Positions 8,879 through 18,913 of a DNA stretch of 64,000 nucleotides are shown piece after piece. Every line of letters starts with the position of its first letter. The stretch's first letter is position 1. Source of the DNA: an uncultured Syntrophobacteraceae bacterium (GTDB lineage: Bacteria > Desulfobacterota > Syntrophobacteria > Syntrophobacterales > Syntrophobacteraceae); the NCBI GenBank assembly GCA_964557955.1, contig CAZLCS010000010.1:68470-132469 (forward strand). Direction: 5' to 3'. The position numbers were made by a program, and so were the translations under genes. Under the pieces are notes generated by a model. It was given only the letters and a program-made list of their open reading frames with translations. It searched no databases and was not told the origin of the DNA.

Positions 8879-10612
8879 TCAGCCACCCTGTTGAATGGGA
8901 GTTAACAAAGGAACATCCAGACCCGTGAGGGCGTTCAGGCGAATCAACGTCACCGGACTGGCGAGCCCATCGGGTTCCAGACCTTGCTCCATTTGAAACC
9001 GCTTCAGTTCCTCCACCATCGATTCATCATAAACGGCTTCTTCGACAGGGACTTCATTCTTCCCCCTGAGAATCGAGAGTTGAAGTCGTACCCAGGTGAT
9101 CCCCTGCCCCTTTTCCCCCTGATGGATTTCACCGCGATACTGAGGCGGAGGACGCCACAGCACAGTATAATCCCCTCGCCAGTGCTGCTGGAGCTCGCTC
9201 TGATCGATCTTGTGGGACTTCCCGGCAGTGATCAGTGTGACCCTGGATCCCTGTATCTCCACCAAGGCTGCAAAAAACGGCTCGTCTCCGGAGTCGAAAA
9301 GTTTGAGCACAGCGGGGTGATTCAAACGAGCGAGATCCTCAAGTGTTCCCTGTGCGGAAAGGCAGTGGAACCCGAAGTTCTGGGCCTCCTTGCAGGGAGC
9401 ATCCTTCCATTCGGCCGGCAAATTATCTACGTGCCATCGTTCGAGCAAGGCCCGGAAGGCCTCGGCCTCTCCAGCAGCAGCAGGGGGGTTGGGAATCCAG
9501 CTTGATGGCGTCTCCGGCTTCGAATTCCATGGCTGGTGCGGAACATAGTCCCCAGCTGCGAAGGCCGATTCCAAGGAAGTCTTCCATTCGGCTCCAAGGG
9601 GAGAGGCCGAATGGCTTGCCGGCGGGATGGGTCTGCGCAAAGGTGCACGGGCCTCGATCCTGACGGGTCCGGCGTTCAGGAATTCCCACAGGCGCAGCCC
9701 TTCTTCACCCTGATGGAGTTTCCAGCCCATCAGTGAGGCCAGCAGCAGGAAGAGGGCAGCCGACCCCCACGCCAATGCTCTGAGCCAGGGAGAGCTCCAG
9801 GCCGGTTCGCCCAAGGCTTCCAGGGCTGCCCGCTTGACAATGGTCGATGTGACGCGGCTTTCACCCAGTGCATAGGCCCCGAGCAGGGCCCGATCCGCAA
9901 TGATATTGATGAGTCTCGGGATGCCGCGGCTCAGAAGGAACAGTTGACTGATGGCGGAAGGTGGGAACAGCGTGTCACGCGCCCCTGCCACAGCCAGCCG
10001 ATGGTTGATGTAAGCGTCGACATCGGCCCGGGTGAGGGGGCCGAGATGATAGCGCGCAATGATCCGCTGAGACAGCTGCCGCAGCTCGGGTTGTCCCAGC
10101 AGCTCCTTGAGCTCGGGCTGTCCCAGAAGAATCACCTGAAGCAGCTTGCGTTTGGTGGTCTCCAGATTCGTAAGGAGGCGGATTTGTTCCAGCACGGCCG
10201 GAGTCAGGTTCTGAGCTTCGTCGATGATGAGGACAGCCTTGCGACCTCTGGCATGAGCGTCCAGGAGATACTCGTTGATGAGGTCGATGAAGGTCTTGAT
10301 GGACTGGTTTCCCTTGGGATAAGGGATTCGGAACTCGTCGCAGATGGTGGAGAGCAGCTCGCGAACGGTGACCCTGGGGTTGAGAACCAGTGCGACATCA
10401 CAGTTCTCCGGCAGCTGCTCCAGAAGACACCGGCAAATGGTTGTCTTGCCCGTTCCCACCTCTCCGGTCAGCAGGATGAATCCCCCATCGCGGTCGACGC
10501 CGAATACCAGGTGGGCCAGCGCCTCGCGATGCTGGTCGCTGAGATAGAGGTACCTGGGGTCGGGTGAAATGGAAAACGGTGTCTCTTTGAGATGAAAGTA
10601 CTCTAAGTACAT
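8879..10612 (-). CDS. ExeA/GspA-type AAA ATPase with a C-terminal peptidoglycan-binding domain
   Basis: Walker A GEVGTGKT, Walker B LIIDEAQ, ETTKRKLLQVILLGQPEL, and a C-terminal PG_binding_1-like stretch (EELKRFQMEQGLEPDGLASPVTL). Confidence 0.88.
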   Translation of the reverse strand: MYLEYFHLKETPFSISPDPRYLYLSDQHREALAHLVFGVDRDGGFILLTGEVGTGKTTICRCLLEQLPENCDVALVLNPRVTVRELLSTICDEFRIPYPKGNQSIKTFIDLINEYLLDAHARGRKAVLIIDEAQNLTPAVLEQIRLLTNLETTKRKLLQVILLGQPELKELLGQPELRQLSQRIIARYHLGPLTRADVDAYINHRLAVAGARDTLFPPSAISQLFLLSRGIPRLINIIADRALLGAYALGESRVTSTIVKRAALEALGEPAWSSPWLRALAWGSAALFLLLASLMGWKLHQGEEGLRLWEFLNAGPVRIEARAPLRRPIPPASHSASPLGAEWKTSLESAFAAGDYVPHQPWNSKPETPSSWIPNPPAAAGEAEAFRALLERWHVDNLPAEWKDAPCKEAQNFGFHCLSAQGTLEDLARLNHPAVLKLFDSGDEPFFAALVEIQGSRVTLITAGKSHKIDQSELQQHWRGDYTVLWRPPPQYRGEIHQGEKGQGITWVRLQLSILRGKNEVPVEEAVYDESMVEELKRFQMEQGLEPDGLASPVTLIRLNALTGLDVPLLTPIQQGG

Positions 10613-10682
10613 GCTCTCTCAATTCACTGGCTCAATCCCGCATCGTGCACCCGCCTGAGCCGCACCGCGCCCGCTGGCACAA

Positions 10683-10690
10683 CCCCCCCC
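10683..10690. repeat. C8/G8 homopolymer in the exeA-like upstream region
   Basis: aaCCCCCCCCag, about 70 nt upstream of the exeA-like ATG (10612). Confidence 0.9.
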
Positions 10691-10771
10691 AGAGTGCGGA
10701 CATCCTGCAACGGTGGTTTCTCATCTACCAACCTCAAAACCCGGATCCCGGATCCGTTTCTACCAAACCGG

Positions 10772-12877
10772 CTATCCCCCGCTGCTGCCGGATCCTGTGT
10801 CGACGAGACTGACGGGAAGCTCTGGTATTTCCCGGGACAGCGGTATCGAAGGATCGAAGGCCGGAAACCTGAGGGTGAATACAGTGCCCTTGCAGCCAGA
10901 AGATCCTGCATCCCGGCCCAGCTTCGATACGATATCCGCCTCTGTTCCACTCTCGACGTCGATCTGTCCTCCGTGATCCCGGACGATGCCAAAGGTCACA
11001 GCCAGTCCGAGCCCGGTCCCATTCTCCACTGATTTCGTCGTGAAGAACGGATCGAAAATCCTGGGTCGAATTTCAGGAGCGATTCCGCAACCCGTGTCAG
11101 CGACTTTCACGATCACCTCTTTTCGAGCCGCATCGTATTGAGTGGCCAGCATCACGGTGCCATCCGAATCGATGGCGTCATAGGCGTTGTTGAGCAAATT
11201 CATGAAGACCTGCAGGAGCTTTTCTGAATCGCCGAAAATTTCCGGCAGTTCGGGATCCAATGACTGCTGAACGGCAATGTGCTCGAGCCCAAAGGTATGC
11301 TCCACGACCGAAACCACCTGTCCGATGATGTCGTTCAGGTTCAGGGGTTTCTTGTCAGTTTGCGTATTGCGCGAGAACCGGAGCAGATCGGCCACAATCT
11401 TCTTGCAGATGCGCGTGTGCTTCTCGACGGTCTTCAGAGTCTCGTAAGGTTCGGAATCCGGTGAAAGATCATCCAGGAGGAGCTGGGTATATCCCAGAAT
11501 GATGCCCAAAGGGGTGTTGATCTCATGAGCGACACCGGCCGCCAGCTGCCCCAGGGATTCCAGTTTCTGGGACTGGCTGATGCGCTCCTGGAGCTCCCTG
11601 AATGTCGTGATGTCCCTGGCGTTGCAGAGCAGGCCGATGACCCGTCCCTCCGGGTCCAGAACGGGGGTCTTCACCACATGAAACCAGGCGTCGCCTGCAA
11701 CTCCGTGCATCCTCCGTTCTGTCTGCACCGGCACCCCCGAGCTCATCACCTGGAGACTTTCCATGCGATCGGCATCGGCGTCTCTCGCATCGAGCCTGAG
11801 CACGCAGCTGGTACCCAGAGTCTCCTCTTCACGCAGACCGAAGAAGCTTGAGAAAGCCTTGTTGAAAGCCAGGCAGCGCAATTCCGGATCGTGGAGGGAC
11901 AGGAGATCCGGAGTGACATTGATGATGGTCTGGAAGAGGTGCTGCTGCTTCTGGAGGTCGTTCTGAGTCTTCACAAGGTCCTCCAGCCGCCGCTTGAGGG
12001 TTGCGGCCATGAGGTCGAAATAATCCGCAAGATGCTGGATTTCATCGCCGGCATTCGACCGGTAAACCAGGCATCCACGGCAGTTGTCGATCTTCTTGTC
12101 GTACTCGCCCTCCGCACAGGTGGGACAAAGGGTGCCGGCCATGTGCCAGCATCGCTGGTCCGCCCGATGGTAGGCGGGGCATTCCGTGCGCTCGCACTGC
12201 GCGAACTGCCAGCACTGACGCACCGGCACCGGAGAGGTGTGGACGTCCAGGTTCCCCTTGACGATCTCTTCAGCAGACTGTCTCAGAACTTCGATGCGTC
12301 GAGTGGTGGTCCGCGAGACCAGGGTTCCGAGGGATGCCGCCAGGACGATGGCGAGCCCGATGATGACCAGAATCGTCGAAAGAAGTCGATCGACGGCGGC
12401 ACCGATGCGCTCATGGGACACGCCAAGCCGGACCGTGCCGAGGCGGTTGTTTCCGATCATGACCGGCACCGCAAAATCGTGGATCAGCTCCTTGCCCGTA
12501 GTCAGCAGTTGGATTCGGTAAGAGTCATTGCTTGAGACCGAATTGACCAGGAGCAGGTCCGTTGGGAATCCCCCCTGAAAGGTGTGAACCAGCGGAGTTC
12601 CGACTTCATTCAGGATGAACAGATAGGCGATGTCTTCACTCGTGCGGGTGACCTCGTCGGCAACATCCTTCATGCGAAGGAAATCCATGGCGAGAAGGGG
12701 GTCTTCGATTCTGGCCGTCACATGGAGGGTTCCCGAAATGCCCCGTCGCTTGCTCTCCTCCAGGAGGGCCTGCGTGGCGGTGCGGCTGATCACCACGGCT
12801 ACCGAAACCCCAAAGCCAAGCAGTACGGCCATCATAGCCAGGGAGATTTTCGTTCGAAAACTCAGGCGCGCAAGCAT
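10772..12877 (-). CDS. Sensor histidine kinase: periplasmic domain, HAMP, 8-Cys insert, PAS, HisKA, HATPase_c
   Basis: H-box [12 protein letters not shown] and G-box [14 protein letters not shown]. The Cys-rich insert is [48 protein letters not shown]. Confidence 0.9.
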   Translation of the reverse strand: MLARLSFRTKISLAMMAVLLGFGVSVAVVISRTATQALLEESKRRGISGTLHVTARIEDPLLAMDFLRMKDVADEVTRTSEDIAYLFILNEVGTPLVHTFQGGFPTDLLLVNSVSSNDSYRIQLLTTGKELIHDFAVPVMIGNNRLGTVRLGVSHERIGAAVDRLLSTILVIIGLAIVLAASLGTLVSRTTTRRIEVLRQSAEEIVKGNLDVHTSPVPVRQCWQFAQCERTECPAYHRADQRCWHMAGTLCPTCAEGEYDKKIDNCRGCLVYRSNAGDEIQHLADYFDLMAATLKRRLEDLVKTQNDLQKQQHLFQTIINVTPDLLSLHDPELRCLAFNKAFSSFFGLREEETLGTSCVLRLDARDADADRMESLQVMSSGVPVQTERRMHGVAGDAWFHVVKTPVLDPEGRVIGLLCNARDITTFRELQERISQSQKLESLGQLAAGVAHEINTPLGIILGYTQLLLDDLSPDSEPYETLKTVEKHTRICKKIVADLLRFSRNTQTDKKPLNLNDIIGQVVSVVEHTFGLEHIAVQQSLDPELPEIFGDSEKLLQVFMNLLNNAYDAIDSDGTVMLATQYDAARKEVIVKVADTGCGIAPEIRPRIFDPFFTTKSVENGTGLGLAVTFGIVRDHGGQIDVESGTEADIVSKLGRDAGSSGCKGTVFTLRFPAFDPSIPLSREIPELPVSLVDTGSGSSGG

Positions 12878-12897
12878 GGTTCATCCTGCTCTAACAA

Positions 12898-12939
12898 GTT
12901 TCGAGTTTCGAGTTTCGAGTTTCAGGTTTCGGGTTTCGA
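12898..12939 (-). repeat. Heptanucleotide tandem array, 6 units (plus strand GTTTCGA x3, GTTTCAG, GTTTCGG, GTTTCGA; GAAACYN on the minus strand)
   Basis: Read directly. It lies between the PhnD-like stop (13008) and the kinase start (12877), about 20 nt from the kinase ATG. Confidence 0.95.
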
Positions 12940-13007
12940 GTCAAAAACTCAGCCCCTCCGTGAGCCTTTTCATCGTTTGGAGCGGCCCGAAGGAGCATAA
13001 GAGACTG

Positions 13008-14039
13008 CTACTGGTTCAGATCGATGCCGACCTTCTCGGCCAGCTGTCGAATGGTATCATAATCCCGGTCCTCGGCTGGAATGATGCCCGCAAAATGAGC
13101 CGCATCACAAATGGAGCGGTACTGGCTGTCCAGGCAATTGAGCTTGAGGAGCGCCTCTCGAACCTGGTCAACGACCTTTTGGGGGAGACCTTTGCGGGCC
13201 GAGTACATCCACCCCGGATACCAGGGTGTGTACCCCAGGACCCTGATCTGATCGAGGTCGATCTTATCGGACACCAACTCCAGTGTTCCTTCACGCACGG
13301 AGCCGATATCGTATCTCCCGTGATACACGGCAAGAACCACTTTTTCCTGCTGACCTCCCGGGCCGGGCACAAAGGAAATCTCGGCGAAATCCTCCTTTCT
13401 GATCCCGTGATCCCAAAAGAGGCCCAAAGCATACAAATAGCCCCCGGCCGATGAAGGGTCCACCGCCACCCATCGTTTGCCCCGGCAGTCTTCGATGCCC
13501 GCAATGGCGTCATTGTCGTTGCGGCAGATGATCTGCCCCCGGAAATTCTCCTTTCCATCGAGCTCGACGATTCGTGCGAAGGCCTGAACACCGAATCGCC
13601 GGTTCACCTTGATGTAGATGAAAGGGTTGGCGAATGAGATGTCGATTTTGCCCAGACCCGTCTTTCGGATGTAGTCATCGAAGCTGTCGGGGAAGACCTG
13701 TCTGATGGGGAGCCCTGTTTCATGCTCCAGATACTTCACGAGGGGGTTGTGTCTTTCGTACGACACTTTGTGAAAATATTGGGGGACGTAGGCGTAGGTA
13801 ATGGTGTTCGGGTCTTCGCTGTAGCCGATCTCTTCGCGCTTGGAGAGATCCACCCGGATGGCCTGTTCTTCATCACCGCATGAAACGGGAGACAGTAGAG
13901 CTAAAATGATGAGACAGCGAAGCAGGGTTCGAGCGACTGAGGGCACCGCTTGCAGGTGTGCATTCGGGGACTTCGACCTCCCTCCGAAAAGCATCCTTCG
14001 ATCAAGACATTGCCGTCGTCGTGTCATCTCACCCTGCAC
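13008..14039 (-). CDS. PhnD-family (phosphonate/phosphite-type) periplasmic substrate-binding protein, probably a sensor partner
   Basis: PhnD-like pattern YAYVPQY...ISFANPFIY...WVAVDPSSAGGYLY...GYTPWYPGW. A signal peptide is present. The exact start is uncertain. Confidence 0.75.
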   Translation of the reverse strand: MQGEMTRRRQCLDRRMLFGGRSKSPNAHLQAVPSVARTLLRCLIILALLSPVSCGDEEQAIRVDLSKREEIGYSEDPNTITYAYVPQYFHKVSYERHNPLVKYLEHETGLPIRQVFPDSFDDYIRKTGLGKIDISFANPFIYIKVNRRFGVQAFARIVELDGKENFRGQIICRNDNDAIAGIEDCRGKRWVAVDPSSAGGYLYALGLFWDHGIRKEDFAEISFVPGPGGQQEKVVLAVYHGRYDIGSVREGTLELVSDKIDLDQIRVLGYTPWYPGWMYSARKGLPQKVVDQVREALLKLNCLDSQYRSICDAAHFAGIIPAEDRDYDTIRQLAEKVGIDLNQ

Positions 14040-14379
14040 TTCTTTTGCTCATCCGGGCTCCTTCCGGTCCCGAGGTCACACCATTTCCTGAATCCGTGGC
14101 ACCGCCGCCGGGCCCAGCGATCAAAGTATGCTCGTTCTTTCGGGACACCGGGAGCCACCACTCCTTCACCGTGGTCTGCCATCACCTGCGAATGCCAGCC
14201 GGCAAAAGGTCACATGGAATGAACACACATCCGAGCCGGCCTCGTTCGAATATAACCCTGAACATGTGCAGGAGTGAAGGGTTCCATCAGGGAAGGCTCG
14301 TTGTCAAGCCCATTCGGGAAAGGGATGAAACAGTGGGTGAGAAGGAAGGGGTCGAACGGGCCCGGATCGGAGGAGCCGA

Positions 14380-15072
14380 TCAGCTCTTGTTGTATTGACG
14401 GTAGACCTTGGGATAGTAACGCTCCAGGCATTCGGGGCAGATACCGTGGCTGAATGCTGCCTCCGTGTGCCGGCTCAAATATTCTTCCAGGACAATCCAC
14501 GATTCCCGTTTCTTCGGATCCGCATCCTTGAGCCGGATCTTCTTGCAATTGGCACAAATGGGCAGGAGACCCCTCAGGGTTTTGATCTCCTGCAGCGCCT
14601 GTCGCAACTGGGCGTTGACACTCTCCAATTCAGCATTGCTGTCGGAAAGCTCCTGGTTCTTCCTTCGAATGGCATCCGCCGAAGATTTGAGTTCCAGGTG
14701 CGTCTGCACCCGGGCGAGAAGCTCTTCCGAGTTAAACGGTTTGGTCACATAGTCCACTGCGCCGGCCCGGAATCCTCTTGTGATGTCATCGAGAGCGGTC
14801 CTGGCCGTGAGAAAGATGACCGGGACTTCACGCGTTTCGGGCCGTTCCTTGATGCGCGCGCAGACCTCGTATCCGTCCATTTCCGGCATCATGATGTCCA
14901 GAAGGATGAGATCGAAGGGCTCGGACATGACCATGTCAAGAGCCTGAGCTCCACTCGTGGCGAATGAAAGGGAATAGCCCACGCGTTTCAATATGTTTCC
15001 AACAACCTGAATATTCTTGGAGATATCATCCACGATCAGGATGCGGAACGGTGTCTTGGAAGGCTCATCCAC
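14380..15072 (-). CDS. Response regulator: receiver, coiled coil, C-terminal CxxC...CxxC domain
   Basis: REC motifs ILIVDD, LILLDIMMPEMDG and TKPF. The tail is ICANCKKIR...FSHGICPECLERYY. The GTG start at 15072 overlaps the upstream kinase stop (GTGGATGA). Confidence 0.85.
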   Translation of the reverse strand: MDEPSKTPFRILIVDDISKNIQVVGNILKRVGYSLSFATSGAQALDMVMSEPFDLILLDIMMPEMDGYEVCARIKERPETREVPVIFLTARTALDDITRGFRAGAVDYVTKPFNSEELLARVQTHLELKSSADAIRRKNQELSDSNAELESVNAQLRQALQEIKTLRGLLPICANCKKIRLKDADPKKRESWIVLEEYLSRHTEAAFSHGICPECLERYYPKVYRQYNKS

Positions 15073-17689
15073 GTAGATTCCCCAATGTTTCGACCTCAGC
15101 GACCAATGCTGGATAATTCTCGAGGGTGGCCGTAATCTTGTCAATATCGAATCCGTCCACATGAAAAAGGAGCTCCTCTCCATAGCGAATCAAACACCCT
15201 ATGGAGCTGTGCCCCCCCAAGTCCCTGATGCGGGCGGCGAAGGATTCGATATCCGGCATATGCTGTCTTTGTTTGGCGGTCTGCCATTCCGACATCAGGT
15301 CCTGTTTGAGGGCGTCCAGCACTTCCAGAAATCGCTCGGCAGTGAGGCCTGCGGGCATTGTCCTCTCTCCGCCATCCGATAAACCTTCCGGGGTATCGGG
15401 GATGTGGCCCGAAGGTCTTCCAACAAAACGGGAGACGACGCTGCGGAATTCCGACCATTGGAAAGGCCGCATGAGGAAGCTGTCGAAACCTGCAGACAGA
15501 ATTCGGTCTCTCTCCTCCAATATACCCGTTGCCGTCAGCGCCACAACGGGAATCGACCGTGTTGTTCCATCCTTTCTCAGTTCTTCAATGGCCTCGTAGC
15601 CGTTCATGACCGGCATCTTGATATCCATCAGCACCAGGTCCGGCATGTGGGACCGGGCAAGCTTCACGGCCGCCAGACCATCTTCTGCTTCAATGATGGT
15701 GATATCGAGACCTCGAAACATCTCCCTGATGAGGTCGCGGTTGACCTTCAAGTCATCCGCGACGAGCATCTTCACGCCCGGCCTGAACAAGTCGGCTTCG
15801 TAGGATTCTTCCGCCGGCTGCGCCGAAGCCTGATTCTCCACAATCAGGATGTCCCTCAGGCTGATCTCGAATTTGCTGCCCTGTCCGGGCAGGCTTCCCA
15901 CCCGGATGCTTCCTCCCATCATTTCGACGAGTTGTTTGGATATGGCCAAGCCCAGGCCGGTTCCGGCCTGGATGTGTGAACCGCCTCCCTCCACCTGGGC
16001 AAAGGACTCGAAGATGGACTCATGGGCGCGGGGATCGATCCCGATGCCCGTGTCCTCAACGGTGATGACGAGATCGAGCCTCTCCGATCCTGCCGCCCGG
16101 GGAACAGGCGAAATCACGAGACTGATCTTCCCGGAATCCGTGAATTTCAAAGCATTCCCCAACAGGTTGAAGAGCACCTGTCTGAGTCGGGTTCGGTCCA
16201 ACAGAAGCCCGTCGGGGAGGGAAGGCGGGATTTCGGTGTTGAGCTCAATCCCTTTTTGAGACATCTGGCCGGAGAATACTCGGTGGATTTCCTCAGCGAG
16301 CGAGCGAAGGTTCACGGATTCCTGTCGGATCTCCATCTTGCCCGCTTCGATCTTTGAGAGATCCAGAATATCATTGATAAGGGCGAGGAGCCCTCGTCCG
16401 CTGATCTTGATATACTCCAGGTAGTTTCTCTGCATGGGGTCCGTGATGAGCGGGTCCAGCAGCTCGGTGAACCCCAGGATGGCGTTCATGGGCGTTCTGA
16501 TCTCATGACTCATGTTAGCCAGAAATTCGCTCTTTGCTTTGCTCGCAGCCTGGGCTGCAGCCCTTTCGCGTATGGCGTTATCCTTTTCGATGCGTTCGGT
16601 CATATCGATGAGGGATCCCTCATAATAGGAGATGTCCCCCCACTCGTCAGGGACACTTCTGGCCGACATGGAGACCCATACGGCGGACCTGTCTTTGCGC
16701 ACCAGTTGGGTTTCAAAGCCGACAACGCGTCCGTCTTTTGCCAGTGCACTTTCAAACTTCCTGCGATCTTCAGGATTTACGAAGAGCTCATCCGTGATGG
16801 TCTCCATCTTGGAGAGGATATCCTCAGGTGATTCGTAGCCAAGAATCCTCGCCATGGATGGGTTCACCGTCAAGAACCGCCCCTCTTCTGCGGTGCTTCG
16901 GAAAATGCCTTCACTGGCGTTTTCGAAGATGCTGCGGTACATTTCCTCCGTTTCCTGGAGTGCGGATCGACTGCTTGCCAACTTCACCGACATCGCATTG
17001 AAAGCGTCCCCCAAGTCTCCGATTTCATCCCTGGAGGACATGGATACGGTCTCTCCCAACTGCCCCTCGTCGACCTTGCGGATAGCGTTGTGCACGGCTG
17101 CAATGGGCCGGAGCACCAGGTGTGAAAGAAGCATGTTGAGCATGACGGACATCACCAGGATCATGGTCAGCAGGAGGGTGAAGAAGAAGACGATGGAGAG
17201 AACGATGGCCCTGTTGAGCTCAGTCAGATCATAGTAAACCCTCACATACCCGACCTTCATTCCGATCACTTCAATGGGATTCGAGAACACTGCGAGGGAC
17301 TGATCCCGGTAGGAAATGAAATCCAGTGTCTTGCCGGAGTCAACGTCCTGCGGGCTGAACCCGTGCATCTCACCTGAAAGTTCCTCATCAGTGGACGCGT
17401 AATGCTGACCGTCCCGAAGGTACACGGAAACGGACCTGACTCCCTCGACCGTGCAGATTTCTGCCAAAGATGCCTGCAGCGCCCTCCTCTGGTCGGCGTA
17501 GAGCTCGTTGGCCAGATCCTCCATCCTCTGGTGCAGAACGCTGTCCACCAGCAGGCGCGTGTTTTTGAGGTGAGTATTGTATCGGTCCGACTCGAAGGGA
17601 TACAGGATAGCCCCAAACAGGATGGCTATGACCCCGGATGTGATCAGAATGGATCTGTTGACCTTGGATCGGAGGCTTTTTGGCTTCAT
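15065..17689 (-). CDS. Hybrid sensor histidine kinase (2 TM, HAMP, PAS, HisKA, HATPase_c, REC, HPt-like tail)
   Basis: H-box FLANMSHEIRTPMN, G-box DTGIGI..GTGLGLAISK, and REC motifs MLVADD..DLVLMDIKMPVMNG. Confidence 0.9.
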   Translation of the reverse strand: MKPKSLRSKVNRSILITSGVIAILFGAILYPFESDRYNTHLKNTRLLVDSVLHQRMEDLANELYADQRRALQASLAEICTVEGVRSVSVYLRDGQHYASTDEELSGEMHGFSPQDVDSGKTLDFISYRDQSLAVFSNPIEVIGMKVGYVRVYYDLTELNRAIVLSIVFFFTLLLTMILVMSVMLNMLLSHLVLRPIAAVHNAIRKVDEGQLGETVSMSSRDEIGDLGDAFNAMSVKLASSRSALQETEEMYRSIFENASEGIFRSTAEEGRFLTVNPSMARILGYESPEDILSKMETITDELFVNPEDRRKFESALAKDGRVVGFETQLVRKDRSAVWVSMSARSVPDEWGDISYYEGSLIDMTERIEKDNAIRERAAAQAASKAKSEFLANMSHEIRTPMNAILGFTELLDPLITDPMQRNYLEYIKISGRGLLALINDILDLSKIEAGKMEIRQESVNLRSLAEEIHRVFSGQMSQKGIELNTEIPPSLPDGLLLDRTRLRQVLFNLLGNALKFTDSGKISLVISPVPRAAGSERLDLVITVEDTGIGIDPRAHESIFESFAQVEGGGSHIQAGTGLGLAISKQLVEMMGGSIRVGSLPGQGSKFEISLRDILIVENQASAQPAEESYEADLFRPGVKMLVADDLKVNRDLIREMFRGLDITIIEAEDGLAAVKLARSHMPDLVLMDIKMPVMNGYEAIEELRKDGTTRSIPVVALTATGILEERDRILSAGFDSFLMRPFQWSEFRSVVSRFVGRPSGHIPDTPEGLSDGGERTMPAGLTAERFLEVLDALKQDLMSEWQTAKQRQHMPDIESFAARIRDLGGHSSIGCLIRYGEELLFHVDGFDIDKITATLENYPALVAEVETLGNLRG

Positions 17690-17729
17690 GAGTGCGATTT
17701 ACGGTGAATGAGAGGTTCCCGGTCTCAGG

Positions 17730-18893
17730 TTAGGGGCCGGAAGCCTCAACGGTCTTCAGGTAACCAGGTTTGCCATCGACGATCTGCATGATCACCGCCG
17801 CTTTGGCAGGGTCCCTGCCGCCGCTGAAATCCATGAGGCCCGTGACTCCTTCCAGCAGATGCGTTTCTTCCAGAGCCTGTCGGATTCGCCCTCTTTCCGG
17901 GTCTCCCGCTCTCCGGATGGCGTCCGCCAGGAGCAGCACCGCATCATATCCCAGGGCAGCACCAGCGCCAAATCCATCCTTTCCTGAGTATTTCTCGACG
18001 AAATCACGCGATCTCTGAAAATCGAATTCCTCCGTCCAGTGCGAGCAATAGTAACCCCTCTTCAGAAACTTCCCGCCCGAATCCAGAAAAGTCGCCTCCC
18101 CCCAGCTGTCGCCGCCGATGGGAATTGCCCTCACTCCGGCATCCATGAGGTCTTTGGCAATGCGTCCACTTTCGTCGTGACCGGACAGGAAGACGACGTC
18201 AGGATCGGACGTTTTGACCCGTCGAACAAGGAGACCATAGTCCTCCTGCTTGAACTTGTACTCCAGCTCCAGAACGACTCTGCCGCCCATTCGCTCGAAT
18301 CTTTCCCGAAAGATCTGGGCCAGTCCCAGGCTGAAATCACTGTTCAGGTTAACGAAAACAACAGCGGTTTCAGCCCGGAGGTCCGACCGGGCAAATGCGG
18401 CCATGACCTTGCCCTGCAGCTCGTCCGTATAGCATACCCTGAAAATGTGATTGCCGATGGCCGTAACGGCCGGGCTGGTGGAATAGTTGGTGATCATGGG
18501 GATGCCCCGTTCCTGAGCGACTCGGGCGACAGCCAGGGAGTGCGAGCTCCAGGCACAGCCCAAAATGGCCACGGCGCTGGCTCGGTCCGCTCTTTCGGCT
18601 GCCGTGGCCGATCCAATGGGAGTGCTGCTGTTGTCAAACACCAGCAGCCTCAGGGGCTTGTTCAAAACACCTCCGCTCCGGTTGATCTCATCCACCGCCA
18701 ACCGCACTCCGAGAAGAGAAGAAGCATTGGCGCCCGCTGCGACACCTGTCAAGGCGTAAATGGCAGCGATATCAATGGATTGCTCCGCATTGCTGGATGA
18801 GCACCGGGTCATGCCCAACACGACCAGGATGCAGCAGACGATGCCGAAACATTCCCTTAGGGAACAGCGGAGGGATAGGCGATGACGATGCAT
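17730..18893 (-). CDS. LivK-like (Peripla_BP_6) ABC-type substrate-binding lipoprotein
   Basis: Lipobox LGMTRC. Contains IAAIYALTG..GVRLAVDEINRSGGVLNKPLRLLVFD. Confidence 0.85.
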   Translation of the reverse strand: MHRHRLSLRCSLRECFGIVCCILVVLGMTRCSSSNAEQSIDIAAIYALTGVAAGANASSLLGVRLAVDEINRSGGVLNKPLRLLVFDNSSTPIGSATAAERADRASAVAILGCAWSSHSLAVARVAQERGIPMITNYSTSPAVTAIGNHIFRVCYTDELQGKVMAAFARSDLRAETAVVFVNLNSDFSLGLAQIFRERFERMGGRVVLELEYKFKQEDYGLLVRRVKTSDPDVVFLSGHDESGRIAKDLMDAGVRAIPIGGDSWGEATFLDSGGKFLKRGYYCSHWTEEFDFQRSRDFVEKYSGKDGFGAGAALGYDAVLLLADAIRRAGDPERGRIRQALEETHLLEGVTGLMDFSGGRDPAKAAVIMQIVDGKPGYLKTVEASGP

Positions 18894-18913
18894 GATCTTT
18901 TCCCCTATGCAAA

